From the NCBI GenBank assembly GCA_964016885.1, contig OZ024741.1, forward strand, positions 331,824,001-331,888,000: a stretch of DNA of 64,000 nt. The letters run 5' to 3'. The notes under the pieces are model-generated. The model was given only the letters and a program-made list of their open reading frames with translations. It was not told where the DNA came from and did no database searches. The translations under genes and the position numbers were made by a program. This DNA is from Eledone cirrhosa (Eukaryota). Positions 51,861-64,000 of this stretch are shown here, one piece after another; the first letter of the stretch is position 1, and each line of letters starts with the position of its first letter.

Positions 51861-53385
51861 TCTTACAAAAAATTATGATAGAAGGTTTTCAGATAAAATA
51901 AACATTTCAAAATAAACAGTTTTGTATCATAAAACCAAAGTCAGTTTCAGGTGTTTTGTTATCAAAAGTTACTAACATACTGTGCAAGTAATTGTCAGAG
52001 TTGTTACAACATCAAATAGAATGCTTTATAGTATTTGTTCCTGCTTTCTGCACTTTCTGTGTCCAAATCCCAAATAGCTTAGATCTACACCAAGTCTAAA
52101 TCTCTTTTCATTGCTTTCATACAACAATTGCTGTAAACAAAATCAAAACTTAATGCTAGTTCTAAAAGGCGGCATATTGGCAGAGTCATTAGAATTTTGC
52201 ATAGAATGTTTTGGGGTATTTGTTCCAGCTCCCTCCCAACAGAGTTCAAATCTCACTGAGATCAACTTTGCCTTTCATCCTTTCGAGGTAGATACAAAAA
52301 AGTATCAGTCCATTGTGGTTGTTTCTTCCTCTATATCTCTTTCTCACTTTCTCTCTATCACTTTCATCTTCTCTAGAAGTAATCAGCTATGTTCCAGCAC
52401 CCCCAGGTTTAAAATGCCCAAGACACACTGCGTGTCATTACAGCACCCCTACAACTCCACCATGAGTTATGGATCAAAAGAAGGAAGGAAAGAAATGAGA
52501 AATATATTTACTAACTCCAATCTAACCAACACACATACCTCAAGAAGTTAGCTACAGCCCCATCCTCAAATTCCCACACTCTGCTCAGATGAGTCAGGGG
52601 TTTCACCTATCATTTACATATATTTCAGTAATCTACCAACTGTATTTTATCATGGTATCAACACTAGGCAGGTTGTCGTGTTTTTGACACAGCTAAAGAG
52701 TCCTCCTGGTTTTCTACCTCTGTATGCCTTTCCTATTGGCAACCATTTTACAGGGTGTACTGGGTGCATTTATCATGTCAAACATTGCAAATTATTAATC
52801 TTTTGATAATTTATGTAAATAAAAGTTTAACTGATTCATTCATAGATACTTTCATACTCAAGTGAAGTAGGTAGTATCACAGCAGGTATTTTGTTAAATA
52901 ATGAAATTCAGAGCTAAGAAAGGTAAGCCTGTAATTTAGTTTTGATTTCATCATTGTAACATAAAGTTCATACAATCGAAGTTAATACAAAAATGTACCA
53001 GTCCAGTACTGGGGTTGATTCTTCCTTAACATCACTTTCTCACTTTGTCTTCTCTCTCTTCTTCTGTGGAAGTAATCAGCTATGTTTCAGCTCCGCATAA
53101 ACCTTATAATCTCATTTCACTTGTCATATATAATAAATATATATGAAATGAATATTTGTCTCTTTAAGCCTTTGGATACTAAACTGCCTGAAACTGCTTA
53201 TGGTTCTATGATACAAGACTGCTTGTTTTAAAGTGCTTGTATTTATCGAAAGACAATTTACCGTTATGTTCCTAACCACAACTTAATAATGAGAAAGATA
53301 TATTACTAAATCCCTTAAGATTCAGGAATATTTTCAAAATGATTTTAAAACCATAGACAGTCTCTTTCATTAGAAATATAATAAT

Positions 53386-53811
53386 AGTTTCTATTTTTGG
53401 CACAAGGCCAGCAATTACCCCAATGCATTACCGGTACTTTATTTTATCGACCTCGTAAGGATGAAAGGCAAAGTTAACCTCGGCGGGATTTGAACTCAGA
53501 TCATACAGGGAGGTTACTCTATGCTTCAAAGCATGGCGTCCGACCCTCTACCGATACTGCCAATTAGAAATATAATAATGGTTTCTGATTTATGTACAAG
53601 GCCAACATTTTTGTGTGGGTGTGTGTATGTGGGGAGGGGGGGTGGAATTAAATTGGCTTCAGTGCATTATTGGTACTTTATTTTATTGACACTACAAATA
53701 TGAAAGGCAAAGTTAACATCAGCAGGATTTGAACTCAGAATGTAAAGGGCTGTAACTCAATGCCATAAACGTTGCCCAATACTCTGCCGATACTGCCAAA
53801 CCACCTCCCTT
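53386..53811 (-). mobile_element. two tandem SINE family A copies (young and old)
   Basis: Delimited by three copies of ATTAGAAA(T/C)AT(A/T)ATAAT. Confidence 0.8.
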
Positions 53812-54332
53812 ATTAGAAACATTATAATGAAAGGATTAATATCACACTAATTACCAGATTATGGATACAACATACAAATATCTCTTGTCATGTAATACTG
53901 AATATGAAGTCTTTATGGTATGAGTCAAAAGATCACCATCATCGTTTTCAACGTCCACTTTCCCTGCTAGCAAGGGTTGGATGGGTCTACATAGACCAAG
54001 TCAGCACTGAAGCAGGGTTACCGATCTCCCAGACAGGCCAGAGATCAGCATCTCACTTATGTACAGTCCAGATACATATATACAACTATATTTCCTATCA
54101 GCATGTGTGTTTGTGTGGATTATCCTTATTTAGTTTTAAGAATCCTACTTATATAAAGATTCTCTTATTGAATTGCAGAAATAATTAAGAATTATAAATA
54201 TGTTTAATAATCCTTTTAATTAACTATAGTATTTAATTACCCTCCCAGATGACATGTATCCCATGACACTGTTAATTAAGCTTCTATGTAAAACTACTTC
54301 CCATTAAACGTAACATCATATATGATCTTTAA

Positions 54333-54421
<89 letters not shown>

Positions 54422-54592
54422 TCATCATCATCATCATCGTTTAATGTCTATCTTCCACGCTAGCATGGGTTTAGATGGGAATTGTCCCATGTGAAGCAAG
54501 ATTGGTTGTCTTACTTGTATAGGACTGTCTGGCGGGTTTTCTATGGCTGGATGCCCTTCCTAACACCAACCACATTTACAGTGTGGACTGGG

Positions 54593-54651
<59 letters not shown>

Positions 54652-54845
54652 CATATATATATTATAAAGAGTTTCAATTCCAGAATCTAGAACTAGCTGT
54701 TGAAATGGCAAGAGCTCAGCCGTCGAGCCCCAACTCTTTATAATATACTCATACTCTACTATCCCAAGTATCAAGTACTCTGTTGAGTAATTGTCTAACT
54801 AATTTTATCTGGTTCTATCCTTTTATATATATATATATATATTTA

Positions 54846-56144
54846 CAGGGTGGGGCATAAAAACTGTTACAAAATAAAATGCAAATAGTTCTTGAAATAA
54901 ACATTTATTTCAAGATCGGACTTCAACAAATAGTAAGTAATATACTATTAAACAACTTCACAAAAATGTATTCGAAATGCTTTCCTCTAGCTCTCACTAC
55001 TGCTCGAAGACTTTTAGGAAAGTCTTTGATGGCTGCACAAACAGTTTCCATTGGTATTTTCTCCCATACTTTATTCAGTTTTGATTTTAGAGTTTCAATA
55101 TTTTGGCTAGGAGTAGAGCAGGCTTCACTCTCAAGAATTGACCATAAAGAAAAATCGAGAGTGTTGAGATCTGGTGATGTGGGAGGCCACTCTTCCTTAC
55201 TGATCCATGCAGGACAATGGTCTCTACACCACTGTTGTGTTACGCAAGCAGTGTAGCTCGTCGCTCCATCTTGTTGGAGAGTCCATATGTCATCGCCATA
55301 AACAGATATGCACCATGGCATCAGTGCTCCTTCCAAAATATCCTTTATGCAAAGTTCTTTGTTAGTTTTAACTCCTTGAGGTACAATAACCAGAGGAGAC
55401 TTCCATCTTTCAGAAATGTCTGCCCAAACCATCACTGATGCTGGTTTCTGTGTTCTGAACACTTTTCCTACACTTGAAGGAATTGATTTGAGACTTTTTG
55501 CAAGTACTCGATCATTTTGATGATTGTGAGACTGCTGCACAGTGAATAATTTCTCATCTCTAAAGATGATGTTTTGCAGCGTGCCATTCTTGATACGGTT
55601 CAATAATAGTTTACTTCTGGAGAGCCTCTTTTCAATTGTGGCTGCAGAAAGAAGCTGCCTCTTTTGGAACTTATAGGGTGACAACCCCAGATCATCTCGA
55701 CATATCCTCCACATAGTTCTCAGTGATGTTTCTGCTTCTTCTGCCATTTTTCTCATGGACCTTCTTGGATTATGCCTTATTTTTTCCTTTTTTAACGAGT
55801 TTTGGTGTTCTTGAGGTGCGAGGGCGTCCGGATTGAGATGTGTCTTTGGTTGAGGAAGTTTCCTTAAATCGATCGATTATCCTTTTGATCAACATTCTAT
55901 TGATCTTAAGAATGTTCCCCAGTTTAAATATCTTGGGTGGAGTCAGGCCTTTTTCATGCTTCTCTATAATGAACTTTCTTTTCAATTCTATGGACATTGC
56001 AAATTGTTAATGGAGTAATGTTCTGAAAAATAGTTAATATGGTTATAGTGCATGGATTTGATACAAATATATTAGTTATATTAGCAACATAATGTATTTT
56101 TAAATTGATTTAAAACTTTGTAACAGGAATTATGCCCCACCCTG
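54846..56144 (-). mobile_element. full-length Tc1/mariner DNA transposon, DD37D (maT-type)
   Basis: TIRs CAGGGTGGGGCATAA...CTGTTACAAA / TTTGTAACAG...TTATGCCCCACCCTG, TA flanks, ~1.3 kb. Confidence 0.93.
54923..55997 (-). pseudogene. DD37D transposase, frameshifted near 55780
   Basis: HTH N-terminus with SGRPRT. Catalytic residues IFRDEKLF / QQDGA / SPDLNTLDFSLW, with 37 residues counted between the second and third Asp. Confidence 0.9.
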
Positions 56145-56533
56145 TATATATATATATATATATATATAAGGATAGAACCAAATAAAACGTTTGTCAAACG
56201 TCCCTTCACCCCTAGCCGTAAATCTCATACATGTATCCCCCAATTAATCTCTAATTTATTGTTTTTTCTTTTATCTGTCACTACATCAGACGCTCGCTCT
56301 ACACGTATCTATGTACATCTCGAATCTGGTTTTTCATGTTAGCACTAAACCCGCCAAGGAATCCTTATAAGAACACTTACTCACAACTACTACAAACATA
56401 CTCAGTACTTACATGCTCTCACTTATCCTTATTTATTTCTTTATATTTTCCATTTTCCATTTTCTTACTTTTTTAATGTATCCTATCTTATCTTTTTAAA
56501 TATCTTTTTATATTATATTATTTTTATATCTAC

Positions 56534-56644
56534 GTACTCTGATGTGTTGACCAGAGGTAAATAATGTATTGGAGATCGAGTGACGCAACTTCAAGCGATT
56601 AGCGACCTCTAGACTCACCTGATCAACGAAACAATTGTCAGTAC
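56534..56644 (+). ncRNA. hammerhead-like motif, A9U variant with long stem II insertion
   Basis: Same 111-nt motif as 12777-12887. It lies in a shared repeat (~56310-56700 versus ~12725-13215 reversed). Confidence 0.65.
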
Positions 56645-56866
56645 TTTAAATAAAGTCCCTTATTGTACAGCCAACCATGTTACTCTTCATTCTTTCACTA
56701 TTATTACTCCAAGTATAACCTGCATAGGAATTACCGCAAACTCGCTGCATAACTAGGGAACCATCTTGTTGAGTCAAACTATCCACGACACAGAGTACTC
56801 ACAACCTCTAACTGGATTACCTATAACGATAACTTGTTATCCCATATATATATATAATATATAATT

Positions 56867-56957
56867 TAGAAATGGCTTCTACAGGACTAGAACTGTTTCA
56901 TTCGGGAGATGATTTCTCTTGAATGAAACAGTTCTAGTCGTCTAGAAGCCATTTCTA
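56867..56957. repeat. 91-bp palindrome made of two hammerhead 3' halves
   Basis: The left arm on the minus strand reads GAAA-CAG(TTCTAGTC)CTG-TA-GAAGCC. Confidence 0.7.
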
Positions 56958-57039
56958 TATTATATATTAAATATTTATACTCTGCTATGTATTGAGTACC
57001 TTACTTACTGTGGTTAGCCTGATTGAACCCGGGATAAGC

Positions 57040-57111
<72 letters not shown>

Positions 57112-57124
57112 ATATCTATCTATC

Positions 57125-58085
57125 AATCTCCCAGTTCTGTGACTAGGGGCGTAGTCACGTTAGTCAGGAAGGACGAGAATAAAGGGGATGACATAGGCAA
57201 CTTCCGGCCCATAACTCTACTAAACACGGAGTTACAGATTTTGGCCAAGGTGTTGGCAAAGAGGCAGGTGCTTGTGTTCGAAAACCTGGTGGGAGAAGCG
57301 CAATCCCGACCAGGTCCATACACGACAACCTTCACCTCATGCGATACATCATATTGGATCAGTCTAAGGCTTTCGATAGGGTTGACCATCATTACCTGGA
57401 TGCGGTGCTCAAGGTGTGTTCAGCGGCTGGATTGCTGCAATAAACAGCAGCAACATCTGCTCAAGAGTCAAGGTGAATGGCTACCTCTCGGAGCTGTTCC
57501 ATATCACGCCATCCATCCAACAGGGATGCTGTCTCTCCTTCCTTCTGTATGTACTGACTCTCGAGCCACTACTGCGGAAGTTGGAGCTATTGCAGGGCAT
57601 CCCTTTGGAACCGGGACTGCGTGACAGTAATGATGTCGAGCACCTCGCAAATCGGGGAGGTCAGCACCTTACTGGAGGAATATGAAAGGTTCACAGGAGC
57701 GAAGCTGAACCAGGACAAATACGTCGGTTTGCAACTCGGAACGTGGAGAGGCAAACCGATGCCTTCCGATGGCGTCGTCGGATGGGGTCTGGTTTGGTCC
57801 GGACCTCCAGGTGGAGAAGAACTGGAACGAGGTGATGGCCAAGGTGTTTGTGCTCACCCAGAAGTGGGCCAAGTGCAAACTATCCTTCAAAGGTCGAGTG
57901 GAAGTGGCGAACACTTTTATAGCGTCCGTCATCTACTACCACTTGACCGTCGTGCCTTGTCCAAAACGCTCACCAAAATGGAGTCCGCGCTCTTCCAATT
58001 CCTTTGGAAGAAACGGGCTCCTTTGGTGAGAAGATCCATCTGCTGCCAACACCCTTCAAACGGAGGGCTGGGGATGCCGACGTCT
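57125..58085 (+). mobile_element. degenerate Tx1-type ORF2 fragment
   Basis: SSVTRGVVTLVRKD...NFRPITLLNTE...WFGPDLQ...RRSICCQHP, colinear with the intact ORF2. Preceded by (TATC)n. Confidence 0.92.
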
Positions 58086-58321
58086 GTGTCAGGCTCGTCT
58101 GTCTTCGTGAAACCTTTGGTAAATGAAATAATTATCTTATGTTGTTTATTACATAACTAAAAAGGTCTGTAGCCTACATAGAGCACTCTCTTTACCTTTA
58201 CCTTTCTTACGGAAACACTTCATATATTTATATCATCATCATCATCATCTTCGTTTAACGTCCAGTTTCCACGCTAGCATGGGTTATATATATATATGTA
58301 TATATATACCTTTATATATAC

Positions 58322-58397
<76 letters not shown>

Positions 58398-58442
58398 ATA
58401 TATATATATGTATGTATATACATACAGGTATACCTACATATG

Positions 58443-58828
58443 TAGGCTGGAAAGAAATGAAGCAACCATGTTCCAGTGGATGTGCAATGGAAGTATGAGA
58501 GAAAGGCAGAGCTTGGATAAGCTGGGTTTAAAAGGAATCCAAGATTATGTGCAGTAGTGAAGACTATGTTTGTTTGGACATGTGATGCATATGGACAATG
58601 ATCATTGGGTGAAGAAGTATCAGGAAATGCCAATGGAAGGAAGTCACACTAGAGGCAGACCGAGAAAGACCTGGGCAGAGTTAGTGAAAGCTGACCTCAA
58701 GCCACTGAGACTCACAGAGGCAATGACAAAGAATCGTGATGTGTGGAGTGATGCTGTGCTGAGAAGGACCCATCCAACCCATGCAAGCATGAAAAAGAGG
58801 GCGTAAAAATGATGAGGATGATGATGAT
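58443..58828 (+). mobile_element. RTE LINE 3' fragment
   Basis: [14 protein letters not shown]...FGHVMHM...RGRPRKTW, with a (GAT)n tail. Confidence 0.85.
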
Positions 58829-59318
58829 ATATATATATATAAGTATGTGTAAACAAATATATATATATATGTATGTGTGTGTGTAAACAAATATATATAT
58901 ATATGTATATGTGTGTGTGTATGTATATATATATCTATGCACATATACGTAGGTGTCACGACAAAAAACACCCAGTACTCATTGTAAATGAAGTTGATGT
59001 TAGGAAGGGCATCCAGCTGTAGAAACCAAGCCAAAGTCGGTTCTGTATAAACAAGAGATGGTCGCCTGACCTAGCATTGCCCACAACAGGACAACTCGTC
59101 TAACCCATGCTTGCATGGAAAAATGGACGTAAATCGGTGATGATGATGATGATGATATATTTAAATACGTATATATATATATATATATATTTGTTATATA
59201 TGTATATTTATATATTTATGGCTGCCCAATTATTAACACAAGAAGAGAGCATCTGACAAGGAAAATAAAAACACAGGAGTTATTGACAAAAATATAACAA
59301 TGATGGTGATGATGATGG

Positions 59319-59362
<44 letters not shown>

Positions 59363-59769
59363 GTGATTGTGATGATGATGATGGTGAGGAGGAGGAGGAG
59401 GAGGAGGAGGAGGAGGAGGAAGAGGTGGGGGAGGAGGAGCAGAAGAAGAAGAAGAAAAACAACAACAACGGCAACAACAACAACAGCAACAATACATAAA
59501 GAACATTATTTTTTATTGCCAAATCTATGTATAAAATATACATCTACGACCACCACCCATGTAAATGAGTTTTAATGAATTATGTGTATAAAAAGTAAAG
59601 ATTTTAAGAGAAAGATTGTTTGTTAGAATCTGTGTTTGTTCCACAACGATGGAATGTCAGTTCTGAGACTGGTGTTAAGATCACATCTACCTTTAATGAC
59701 AGTAAAGAATATAAAATATTGTAAAATATTATATATGTGTTTGTAAGTATGTTTGTATACATACATACT

Positions 59770-59815
<46 letters not shown>

Positions 59816-59832
59816 TGTATATATATACACAG

Positions 59833-59899
<67 letters not shown>

Positions 59900-60135
59900 C
59901 ACACAAGCACACACACATATCATCATCATCATTTTATGTTCGCTTTTTCCTGCTTGCATATATATATATATGTGTGTGTGTGTGTGAGTGTGTGTGAGTG
60001 TGTGTTTGTGTGGGTGGTTGGGAGTTTGAGTGTGTGTACACAATTTTTCCTTCCGAGAATATTGAAAGACAAAAACACATTAGATACAAAAGAGAATATA
60101 AAAAAAATTTCTAAAAGAATAAATAAAAGAGTGTG

Positions 60136-60310
<175 letters not shown>

Positions 60311-60364
60311 CAAATATATATATATATATATACATACATACATACATACATATATATATATATG

Positions 60365-60436
<72 letters not shown>

Positions 60437-61328
60437 TATATATTAATATATGTAAAGACAATGAAAATGAGTCCAAATATGAACAGCTACTGACATATTG
60501 GAAGAGTATGAATGATGCTCTGAACATTTCAAGCTAGATGATTCTGTAGATTATTGGCTGGGGACGTAAAGGTTAGAGATAATTTATGTCTGTGTTAAAC
60601 CTGTTTGTTTCTATTTTGAACACTTATTTTCATTCCTTGACCTTTGACAATGATTGAAATATCTTCGGCAATACACAGAAGGCAAGTCGGTGGCAAACTC
60701 TGAAGAGGTTAAATATGCACACATTTTAATACACACACACAAACACACACATACAACATGAACACACACATATACAAAACATAAATCTACACATACAATA
60801 CAAACACACATAAACATATGTGTACAACATAAACACAACCACACATAAACATACACTTACAACATATACACAAATACACATAGACAGAACATAAACCCAC
60901 ATATACAACACATATAAACATACACTTGCAAACACAAACACACATAAATGCACACTTGCAGCATGAAATCAAACACACACACACAAAACAAACACAAACA
61001 AAACACACAAAAGAAACCTGAGGTACATATATACAAACAAATATACACACATAAAAAAAACCCTCCAAATAACAGACAAACAGAAAACAAAAATGAATGA
61101 ATGAATATATTGTTCCGTAAACATACTTGCATAATTTTATTGAGAAGACTTTCTATGACTTTTGCCCAAGAATAGTTTCTCAGAATAATTGATCAATGCT
61201 TAAAGAAATTCTCTACAATTCCTCCCCACCGCATTCCACTGAAAAATAGAATGAATACATTGACAAAAGGTAAAGTACAGTATAGGACGAAGTGCATGCA
61301 TGGCTGTGTAGTTGAGATGTTTGTTGTA

Positions 61329-61409
<81 letters not shown>

Positions 61410-61412
61410 GTA

Positions 61413-61444
<32 letters not shown>

Positions 61445-61445
<1 letters not shown>

Positions 61446-61885
61446 CATCATCATCATCATCATCATCATTTTACGTCCGCTTTTCCCTGCTTGCAAGGGT
61501 GGGACGGGTCTTATTCAGCACAGCATCTCTCCACTCGTCACGGTCCTTCGTCATCTCCACCGTGAGTTTCAATGATCTGAGGTCTGTTCTCACCACCTCC
61601 GCCCATGTTTTTTGTGGTCTACCTCTACCACGTATTCCTTCAACTTGCATGTCCTGGAACTTCTTCACCCATCGGTCATCCTCCATGCGCATCACATGTC
61701 CATACCACCTCAGTCTCCTCTCCCGTACACTACATTCTATCCCTCTCAGACACAGTTTCTCTCTCGACACATTTATGCTGGGTCGTTCACGCACATTTAC
61801 ACTGCACATCCAACGGAGCATGCTTGCCTCATTTCTCTCCAGCTGTCGCATATCCTCTACAGTTGCTGCCCATGTCTCACTACCT
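61445..61885 (-). mobile_element. RTE LINE 3' fragment
   Basis: [13 protein letters not shown]...[12 protein letters not shown]...GRGRPQKTW. The tail CCCACCCTTGCAAGCAGGGAAAAG is shared with SINE family B. Confidence 0.9.
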
Positions 61886-61890
61886 ATGTC

Positions 61891-61993
<103 letters not shown>

Positions 61994-61995
61994 TT

Positions 61996-62065
<70 letters not shown>

Positions 62066-62066
62066 A

Positions 62067-62104
<38 letters not shown>

Positions 62105-62129
62105 GTATGTATATATATATAGATATATG

Positions 62130-62205
<76 letters not shown>

Positions 62206-62239
62206 TATACATATATATACATACATATATATACATACA

Positions 62240-62744
62240 AAGTAAAAACCTACTACAGTCAGTAGGCATCTCTATCAAAACACACCCCCGTCCCACCACC
62301 TCCACCCCATCCATACCGCCCCTTTCAATGTAAAGTTATGTTGGTCCCACAACATCCAGGCCGAAACAAATGAGATCGTGTAGGTGTCACGACAAAAAAA
62401 CACACAGTCCACGCTGTAATGTGACCGTGTAGGCAACACGGTAAAAACCTCCCAGCCCCACACTGTAAATGTGGTTGGTGTTAGGAAGGGCATCCAGCTG
62501 TAGAAAACCCGCCAGACAGTCCACGCTGTAAATGTGGCCGGGTAGGCAACACGGTAAAAACCTCCCAGCCCCACACTGTAAATGTGGTTGGTGTTAGGAA
62601 GGGCATCCAACTGTAGAAAACCCGCCAGACAGTCCTATGCGAGCAAGACAACCACTCTTGCCTCAAGTGGGACTACCCCCATCCAAACCCATGCAAGCGT
62701 GGAACACGGACGCTAAACCTGATGATGATGATGATGATGATGAT
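62240..62744 (+). mobile_element. Nin-like 3' module with internal ~110-bp tandem duplication
   Basis: Colinear with 17694-18088. 62405-62515 is repeated at 62516-62630. Confidence 0.8.
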
Positions 62745-62838
62745 AAATATATATATATATATATATATACATATATATACATATATATACATATATATAC
62801 ATATATATACATATATATACATATATATACATATATAT

Positions 62839-62936
<98 letters not shown>

Positions 62937-63054
62937 GTATCCAATACTAATAATATAATTAAAGCTACAACTCCACTATCCGGGAGCTTCCAACAGTAAT
63001 GGTTGCATTCTTTAAGGGTATGTCAATATTTATTTATAAAAGTGATCTATATTA

Positions 63055-63119
63055 TATTTTATCTGATGAAAGCACACCATACTTTAACATGGTGTCCTTG
63101 AAATATGTATAATGAAATA
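63055..63119 (+). ncRNA. minimal type-I hammerhead ribozyme
   Basis: TATTTTAT-CTGATGA-AAGcACACCAT..ATGGTGTcCTT-GAAA-TATGTA-TA-ATGAAATA. Confidence 0.82.
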
Positions 63120-63159
63120 AATATGGTTTTATAAATATAGTTTCCATTTGTTAATATCG

Positions 63160-63199
<40 letters not shown>

Positions 63200-63207
<8 letters not shown>

Positions 63208-63537
63208 GACGTAAAATGAGAGAATTATGAAAAATTGACTTACTTACTAAAATTTCACTCCAACTAATTAGTTCTGTAAGGGAATAAATATGGTTACGTA
63301 ACGTAATCATAGAGAAACCTTACGTCATCAGGGAGTCTATTCTCAGCTAAGTTCCTAGGCAATGCGTGGACACAAGGAACTCATATAAAAATAATTCAAT
63401 GGATGGAAAAAAGCGAGCGGGGGCTAAATTCCAGGACATTGAAAAAATTCACTGCCTACTTGGTCAGTGGCAAATTCGAAAGAATCAATCACGTGACACA
63501 ATTTTTTATAATTCTCTTATTTTACGTCTTTCATATG
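63200..63537. mobile_element. MITE-like element with ~35-bp TIRs
   Basis: ATATGAAAGACGTAAAATGAGAGAATTATGAAAAATTG / CAATTTTTTATAATTCTCTTATTTTACGTCTTTCATAT. Confidence 0.7.
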
Positions 63538-63661
63538 ATTGTTCTGCATCCCCTTGCATTGAACTACAAAGTTACTAAGACTAAACCTATATATTTGCTA
63601 GCATAGGTATGCATCTGTATACATATGTTGGTAGATATACTAATTCTTTATAATTATCTCC

Positions 63662-63695
<34 letters not shown>

Positions 63696-63706
63696 GTATG
63701 TATATA

Positions 63707-63798
<92 letters not shown>

Positions 63799-63802
63799 CA
63801 TA

Positions 63803-63863
<61 letters not shown>

Positions 63864-63900
63864 GCAAGCGTGGAACATGGACGTTAAACGATGATGATGA

Positions 63901-63959
<59 letters not shown>

Positions 63960-64000
63960 GTATATATATCTATATCTATATCTATCTATATATATATATA

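Overview
AT-rich, repeat-saturated eukaryotic DNA. The dense (TA)n tracts and SINE types suggest a mollusc, probably an octopod cephalopod (inference only). No host protein-coding gene can be called confidently, and most ORF-track entries are microsatellite artefacts. Identifiable content: an apparently intact, full-length Tx1/L1-clade retrotransposon (26221-32251, minus strand) flanked on both sides by (AAT)n; a frameshifted CR1/L2-group LINE; a full-length DD37D (maT-type) Tc1/mariner transposon; a Penelope GIY-YIG remnant; many RTE 3' fragments; two tRNA-derived SINE families; several MITEs. The strongest signal not visible in the ORF track is ten minimal type-I hammerhead ribozyme (HHR) motifs from several sequence families. 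Five have canonical cores and five have variant cores. Many lie in Penelope-type fold-back structures, including a near-perfect 327-bp palindrome carrying an HHR on each strand. Related Tx1 copies appear to occupy two different microsatellites, (AAT)n and (TATC)n. All folds and alignments were done by eye, and coordinates of degenerate repeats are approximate.
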